Source of the DNA: a virus | Direction: 5' to 3' (one strand) | IMG/VR virus record: IMGVR_UViG_3300043788_000060 | Location: 1-64,000 of that record | DNA length: 64,000 nucleotides | In this document: positions 59,121 through 64,000 of the stretch, in pieces | Layout of the letters: each line of letters opens with the position of its first letter | Numbering within the stretch: position 1 is the first letter of the stretch | The notes under the pieces: generated by a model | The model's database searches: none | Told to the model about the DNA's origin: nothing | What the model saw: the letters and a program-made list of their open reading frames with translations, nothing else | Translations under genes and position numbers: made by a program

Positions 59121-59837
59121 ATGGCTTCCTCCACGATCCAACTTCAGCGGACGATCAACCGCTCCTCGCAATACGCCCGCTTGGAGCCACTGACGTTTGT
59201 CTCAAATACCGCTAATGACCCGGCGTTTTCAAACGCCGATTGGGTGATGCAGACTATTTTGGCTCCCCCGTTTGCGTGGAGATGGAACAGGACCTCGGAA
59301 GGAACTCCGTCGGCCCCTGCGTTTGTCACTGAAATCGGCGTAACGGACTATCAAGTTAATCTCCCAACTTTTGGTTGGCTCGAAAAGGCTACTTTGTACG
59401 ATCCAACTTCTGGATACGCGGCTCTGGAATTGCAAGTAGAACTGATCAAGGCTATCGAAACCAACCCTATCCAACCCCAGCGTATCGCAACACAACTTGA
59501 CGACGGACAAGGAAACATAACGTTCCGATTATTCGGGTCCCCGGATCAGGTCTATAATGTTTGTCTGGAATTTCAAAACGCGGCCCAATTATTCACCGAT
59601 CCAACAAATACGTGGGCTCCTATTCCGGACTACTTATCATACATCTACAACGAAGGCATGGATTATAAGACGTTTGAATATTTGTCGGACCCCCGTATGC
59701 AGACATCTGGACAGTTGTTCTTTCAATCCCTCGCTGCGGCTTCTGAAGGGCTGACGGAATCTCAGAAAAATCTTTGGCTAAGTGACAAAATGAATACGCT
59801 CCGTCAGACTGCATCCGTTCAATCGGGGAGGGCCTAA
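59121..59837 (+). CDS. Putative head-tail adaptor
   Basis: Position and size; F.WRWNR and P..VY....EFQ patterns. Confidence 0.55.
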   Translation: MASSTIQLQRTINRSSQYARLEPLTFVSNTANDPAFSNADWVMQTILAPPFAWRWNRTSEGTPSAPAFVTEIGVTDYQVNLPTFGWLEKATLYDPTSGYAALELQVELIKAIETNPIQPQRIATQLDDGQGNITFRLFGSPDQVYNVCLEFQNAAQLFTDPTNTWAPIPDYLSYIYNEGMDYKTFEYLSDPRMQTSGQLFFQSLAAASEGLTESQKNLWLSDKMNTLRQTASVQSGRA

Positions 59838-60136
59838 TGGGAACAGCAACTACCGGGTTTCATCGCTTTAGTAACGTCACTGCTCGGGCTCCATACTCAA
59901 CTACCCAAGAGGTGGTTCCCGGGGCTACTATTTATGTAACTTTGACGACGACCGGAGCCGGGGCTGTTATTTATTCGGACCCGGGACTGTCTGTAGTTAT
60001 ACCGGGGTCGTTGATTACTGCCGACCCCTCGGGGTGGTACGAATATTATATTCCCCTGAATTACAACGTGACAGAAACCATTACCTCGGTTTCCGGATTG
60101 AATTTTACGATCACGAACATCGTGTCTAACACATAG
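59837..60136 (+). CDS. Small head-binding-like domain protein, paralogous to the N-terminus of the next gene
   Basis: ATTG.HR...VVP.A.I.VT.T.TG..A.IYSDP.LS...TAD..G.Y.YY.PLNY.VTETIT is shared. Confidence 0.7.
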   Translation: MGTATTGFHRFSNVTARAPYSTTQEVVPGATIYVTLTTTGAGAVIYSDPGLSVVIPGSLITADPSGWYEYYIPLNYNVTETITSVSGLNFTITNIVSNT

Positions 60137-60143
60137 GATTGGA

Positions 60144-63100
60144 ATGAAGAAATTTCTTCTCATCGTCGCTTTGTTCCTCGCAATCTGTCCATTATCCGGA
60201 CTGAATGCTCAAGCCACGACCGGCTATCATCGGGTAAATCAGGTGCTGTCCCGAGCCTCTACCGGGATCAACGCTCAGGTGGTCCCCAACGCCAGAATCA
60301 CGGTTACCCAAACGGCTACCGGAACTGCGGCAACTATCTATTCCGACCCCCTGTTGTCCAACCTTATAACTCCGTCTGTAGTCACTGCCGATAACGCAGG
60401 GAACTATTCATATTATGTCCCTCTGAACTATTGTGTAACAGAAACAATCACTGCCCCCGGTCAGGGGACTCAGATAATCCCTAACATCTGTTCAAACAGC
60501 GCCAGCAGCAGTACCTTTCCTTCCCCTCCGTCATTTTCTGTACAATTCGCAAACAGCGGGTCATCGGCTTTTGATAGTGATTCGACTATTAACGTCACTC
60601 CCTCTACTCATACCCTTACTTCTCCAACGGTACAACCGGGTCAGGATGTTACCCAGAGTTCTCCTGTTATAGACATTCGCAACACTGCCTTTGCGGGCGG
60701 TGCGGTGATCGACGGCCACACCGATATTAGCCCCGCAGTGTGCGCCGCCCGTGAAAGTTGGAGCGCCTCACATCCGGGTCAAAGTCAGACAATTTTATTG
60801 GCCTGCGGCGGCGGTGGTTCATCCGCTTCTTGCTGGTGGGCTAACCCTTTGGCGAGTTGTTCTGGAAGCATAGGCAGTGATTTTAAGTACGTCCTGCAAG
60901 GCACTCTCAATGTAGGTACCACGTTGTCCGTTGGTGCGGGTGGGGCTTCTATAGGCGCGTCAGAGTTCGATGGGGAATCGGGAGAGTTTGGAACTCAATT
61001 CCAAGGCACTTTGGCGACAGCAGTAGTCAACGGTCCTCTATGTTTTGGTACGCTCGGCACCGCAATCACAACGATCAACACCCCGGTCACGGTGACGCCG
61101 ACATTTTCCGGAACGACTATCGGCGGTGCATGTTCGATTGCAAATCTTCCGGTAAATTCCGCGCTGACTATGCGCGGCATGGAAACGTCAGCGGCTACGG
61201 GTACGCGGTCTTCAACTTCACTCAGCGGAAGCGGTGGGTACGCGGTACTGACCTTATCTTCTGCCGTGCGTATTTCGGCGGGGTCGAACATTCAGGTAAC
61301 TGGCTGCTCAGACACAGCGTTCAATACCGGTACTCTGGGAACGCTGTCACAAAGCGTAGTCGCCACTCCGGATTATCCCAATCAGCAACTCGGCTATTAC
61401 ATCTCGACATCTGGTACCGGGTCATCAACAGGATGCACGGTGAAGGGGGCCAGTGACGACCGTTTTGAGACAGAGCTAGTGCAGTGCTCAAACGGCACGG
61501 CTAATCCCGGATACTCCTGCGGCGCGGGACAGATCACTTTCGTAAACGCCCATACATACGCATCGACTGACCAGTGGGGCGAAGTGGCGATGGAAAGCCC
61601 GTTCAACGACGGGGCCGGTGGAACTGGGTTGGTAATGAAGCGGATTCTAGTCCAAGGTTCCGCAGGAGCAGAATTCTTCTCCGATGAGTCCATCCATGAG
61701 ACGTTCGAGGATGATGGGTTTATTGCCTTTGGGACGCCCACTTCGATTCCTTTCGAGGCAGATTACCCGCAGAACCTCACAGTCCATTCATCGGCTTTTA
61801 ATTCGGTCAACAATGGGTATAGCACTTGCCAATCCGGTAACTGTGGGAACGTGAGTTACCCGTTCGGATTTCGCTGTACCATGATCCCGCCCAGTATCAG
61901 TTCTTATCAGGCGGGAACGTGTAACAACTCGAAAATTGATACTTACTCTCAGGTTCGCGGTGGAATCAAAGTCGATACCAACGGATTCTCTCTGAACTTC
62001 GGTATTGAGGCAGCAGCCCCGGAACTTGACCGTGTTTTAATCGAGGAGCCTGTATGGGGTGGAATTACTTTCGATACCCGAGATGGAGTCACAGGCCCGG
62101 TTTACATCAAGGATAGCTACTTACAGGATTTCGTTTCTGGGAGCACCGATCAGGCTTTTATTGCTGCGGAAAATCCGGGGGGCACTGGATATATTTTTGA
62201 GAACAATACCTACTCAGAAAATCCTTTTCTCGTCAATAAATATTGGTATAGTCCAGCAATCAGTGTGCGCGGAAACATCTCTGATCAGCTTTATACTCCG
62301 TGGCCTTATCAAGGGATAGGGGCTGTAGGGCTATTTGAGGACAATGGATTTCTCAAGGGTGAAGTTGAAGCTCCCGCATTTACTGGTTTCGAGAGTTTGC
62401 CCTTCGGTTCGCTCGCTGTAAATCAGTCGCCTGCATCTTGGACTTCGGCTTGCAGCACGAACTGTACGGTAACAACGGTTCAAGACCCCACAGGCGGTCA
62501 GAACGGCGCTAATATCGCCTCAAACTCAACCACTCATCAAACGATCCTGATTAGCATACAATCCGTATCCACCTACCCCGGCGATCAGTTTATCTTTATG
62601 GATTGGTTGCGTCCCGGTACCGGACAACTCATACCTAATGACTGGCGAGGTAACTATCCATTCCAACTCCAAACTTTGGGCACGGATACCTTTCAGAACA
62701 ACGGATGCGAAAGCGGCATTGGGTCAAATACAGCCTGCGCTACTAATTACGGACTTCCTATGTTGAACGACGACTGGGCACCTTACGTGGCTACCGCCAC
62801 TATCGGGACAGGCGAGTCAGCAGCGCACTTCATGGAGTTTAATCTCGAAAGCGGCCAATGCACGAATGGTTCGATCCTCAACTGCGGAACACAGCATTTC
62901 TGCCCGCAGTGGGCTTTTGTACCGGGGCCTAATAACCCCTCCTACACAGGTGTTTCTACGTTCGACGTGCAAATCGCCCGCATGTACAACTATCACGGTT
63001 GTGCGCCGGGCGGGTTACTTGCCGGACAGGTGGCGACTAATCAAACTGTTGTAGCCGCCCAGATTATCGATTCAGGAACCCCATCCAGCACAGCCCCGCT

Positions 63101-64000
63101 ATGTCCAAACGGTCCTAACGGTCAATTCACTACTTCTGGTTGCGTAGCTGGTGCGGTAACCTCCGTCTCCAACTCCGATGGAACTTTAACTATCTTCCCA
63201 ACAACGAGTGCGGTAGTAGCCTCTCTAAACACAAGCCACGCGAATTCATGGACCGGGTTACAGACGTTTGGAACAGATATCTCTATAGGCGGTGTAACAG
63301 CTACAGGGGCCACAGGAACTGGTAACGTCGTATTCTCGGCTGCTCCGACCTTTACCGGAACAATCACGGGGGTAAATCTTACGTTGACCGGTATTGAGTC
63401 GGGCAGCGGAAGTTCTTGCTTGCAGATCAGCACTGCCGGAGTCATCAGCAATACAGGAGCCCCCTGCGGATCGGGAAGCGGCGCGGTTAATTCTATCACC
63501 GGAGACGGCGGTATAATCACCAACAGCCTATCTACCGGTGCCGTTACTCTGACTTTAGGAGCTACAGAAGCAGGCCAGTTTATAGTGGCTTCTGGGTCGG
63601 GAACCGCCGTATGGGGAAAGCAAGTCACGCTTGGTCACCAAAATGATAGCGGCGCTTTAGCTAACGGCTCTCTTACGATTGCCGGTAGCACAACTGCGTC
63701 TGGAAATTTAACTCTTAACGGAACAGGGTCTTCTCCCGGACAGATGTCGTTATTCCTTAATTCTGCCGGAACTATTATGGATTTGGGAAGCACCAACGCC
63801 ACGGTATCGGCAGCCGGGGCCTATGTTGGAACGAATGTAACTGATTCAGCACTAAACGTGGCTGGATTGGTAACTAACTCGTCTGCTGGACTTCTAGGAA
63901 CAGAAGCTAATTGTACTATCGCACAAGGATGTACGAACGCAACTAGTGCGACGGCGGGTACAGTTCCTAACGCTACTAGCGGGACTGCGTCTAGCTGGAC
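60144..64000 (+). CDS. Large fibre/tailspike-like protein (>1285 aa, runs off the window end) with N-terminal signal peptide
   Basis: MKKFLLIVALFLAICPLSGLNA|QATTGYHR...; Gly/Ser/Thr-rich. The start and end of the frame were read by hand; its absence from the ORF track is consistent with no in-window stop. Confidence 0.8.
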   Translation, partial: MKKFLLIVALFLAICPLSGLNAQATTGYHRVNQVLSRASTGINAQVVPNARITVTQTATGTAATIYSDPLLSNLITPSVVTADNAGNYSYYVPLNYCVTETITAPGQGTQIIPNICSNSASSSTFPSPPSFSVQFANSGSSAFDSDSTINVTPSTHTLTSPTVQPGQDVTQSSPVIDIRNTAFAGGAVIDGHTDISPAVCAARESWSASHPGQSQTILLACGGGGSSASCWWANPLASCSGSIGSDFKYVLQGTLNVGTTLSVGAGGASIGASEFDGESGEFGTQFQGTLATAVVNGPLCFGTLGTAITTINTPVTVTPTFSGTTIGGACSIANLPVNSALTMRGMETSAATGTRSSTSLSGSGGYAVLTLSSAVRISAGSNIQVTGCSDTAFNTGTLGTLSQSVVATPDYPNQQLGYYISTSGTGSSTGCTVKGASDDRFETELVQCSNGTANPGYSCGAGQITFVNAHTYASTDQWGEVAMESPFNDGAGGTGLVMKRILVQGSAGAEFFSDESIHETFEDDGFIAFGTPTSIPFEADYPQNLTVHSSAFNSVNNGYSTCQSGNCGNVSYPFGFRCTMIPPSISSYQAGTCNNSKIDTYSQVRGGIKVDTNGFSLNFGIEAAAPELDRVLIEEPVWGGITFDTRDGVTGPVYIKDSYLQDFVSGSTDQAFIAAENPGGTGYIFENNTYSENPFLVNKYWYSPAISVRGNISDQLYTPWPYQGIGAVGLFEDNGFLKGEVEAPAFTGFESLPFGSLAVNQSPASWTSACSTNCTVTTVQDPTGGQNGANIASNSTTHQTILISIQSVSTYPGDQFIFMDWLRPGTGQLIPNDWRGNYPFQLQTLGTDTFQNNGCESGIGSNTACATNYGLPMLNDDWAPYVATATIGTGESAAHFMEFNLESGQCTNGSILNCGTQHFCPQWAFVPGPNNPSYTGVSTFDVQIARMYNYHGCAPGGLLAGQVATNQTVVAAQIIDSGTPSSTAPLCPNGPNGQFTTSGCVAGAVTSVSNSDGTLTIFPTTSAVVASLNTSHANSWTGLQTFGTDISIGGVTATGATGTGNVVFSAAPTFTGTITGVNLTLTGIESGSGSSCLQISTAGVISNTGAPCGSGSGAVNSITGDGGIITNSLSTGAVTLTLGATEAGQFIVASGSGTAVWGKQVTLGHQNDSGALANGSLTIAGSTTASGNLTLNGTGSSPGQMSLFLNSAGTIMDLGSTNATVSAAGAYVGTNVTDSALNVAGLVTNSSAGLLGTEANCTIAQGCTNATSATAGTVPNATSGTASSW

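Larger units (their letters stand above)
1451..60201. repeat. Dispersed 15-bp pseudo-palindrome, consensus GTCCGAATAATGGAC (GTCCR-N5-YGGAC), about 38 copies
   Basis: Starts at 1451, 1612, 3727, 4193, 5394, 6472, 7598, 8983, 10775, 13662, 14501, 14886, 15457, 17221, 17979, 19898, 20721, 21677, 22503, 22977, 26248, 31679, 33415, 34811, 36422, 37526, 38833, 41171, 43858, 45230, 47638, 48526, 50961, 53011, 54715, 55155, 57025, 60187 (manual scan). Confidence 0.92.

Noticed and set aside
1451-60201. The 15-bp repeat as a CRISPR array or as REP/terminator hairpins
   Set aside because: Copies are dispersed at irregular kb-scale spacing, have only 4-5-bp arms and no U-tract, and no cas genes are present.
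59837-60480. Diversity-generating retroelement template/variable repeat pair
   Set aside because: The similarity is protein-level paralogy with differences at all bases, not adenine-specific. No reverse transcriptase is in the window.
1-64000. Stop-codon reassignment
   Set aside because: Long genes are intact in code 11, all three stop codons end real genes, and no suppressor (CTA/TCA/TTA) tRNA was seen.

Overview
A 64-kb segment of a large, probably temperate, tailed dsDNA phage or prophage. The host cannot be determined from the sequence alone. The left arm (1 to about 22.7 kb, minus strand) holds replication/recombination genes and many small accessory genes: endonuclease VII, a UvrD/PcrA helicase split into two genes, SSB, Bet-like recombinase, clamp-loader-like AAA ATPase, low-MW phosphatase, family A DNA polymerase and a tyrosine integrase. 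After a divergent, ORF-poor switch region (about 22.7-23.85 kb) the plus strand carries a GH73-type lysin, an HNH nuclease and a Ro60/TROVE gene. Three tandem Y-RNA-like genes follow, then an array of about 39 tRNA genes covering all 20 amino acids and interspersed with unexplained structured RNAs. Further right are terminase, portal and scaffold genes, an N4-gp56-type major capsid gene interrupted by three group I introns (the first encodes a LAGLIDADG endonuclease), a free-standing GIY-YIG endonuclease, a roughly 790-nt highly structured non-coding region, and head-tail/fibre genes. The most striking unexplained signal is a 15-bp pseudo-palindrome (GTCCGAATAATGGAC) found about 38 times across the window. 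It is strand-biased and often forms the stop/start junction between genes. All calls come from manual reading; no searches were run.
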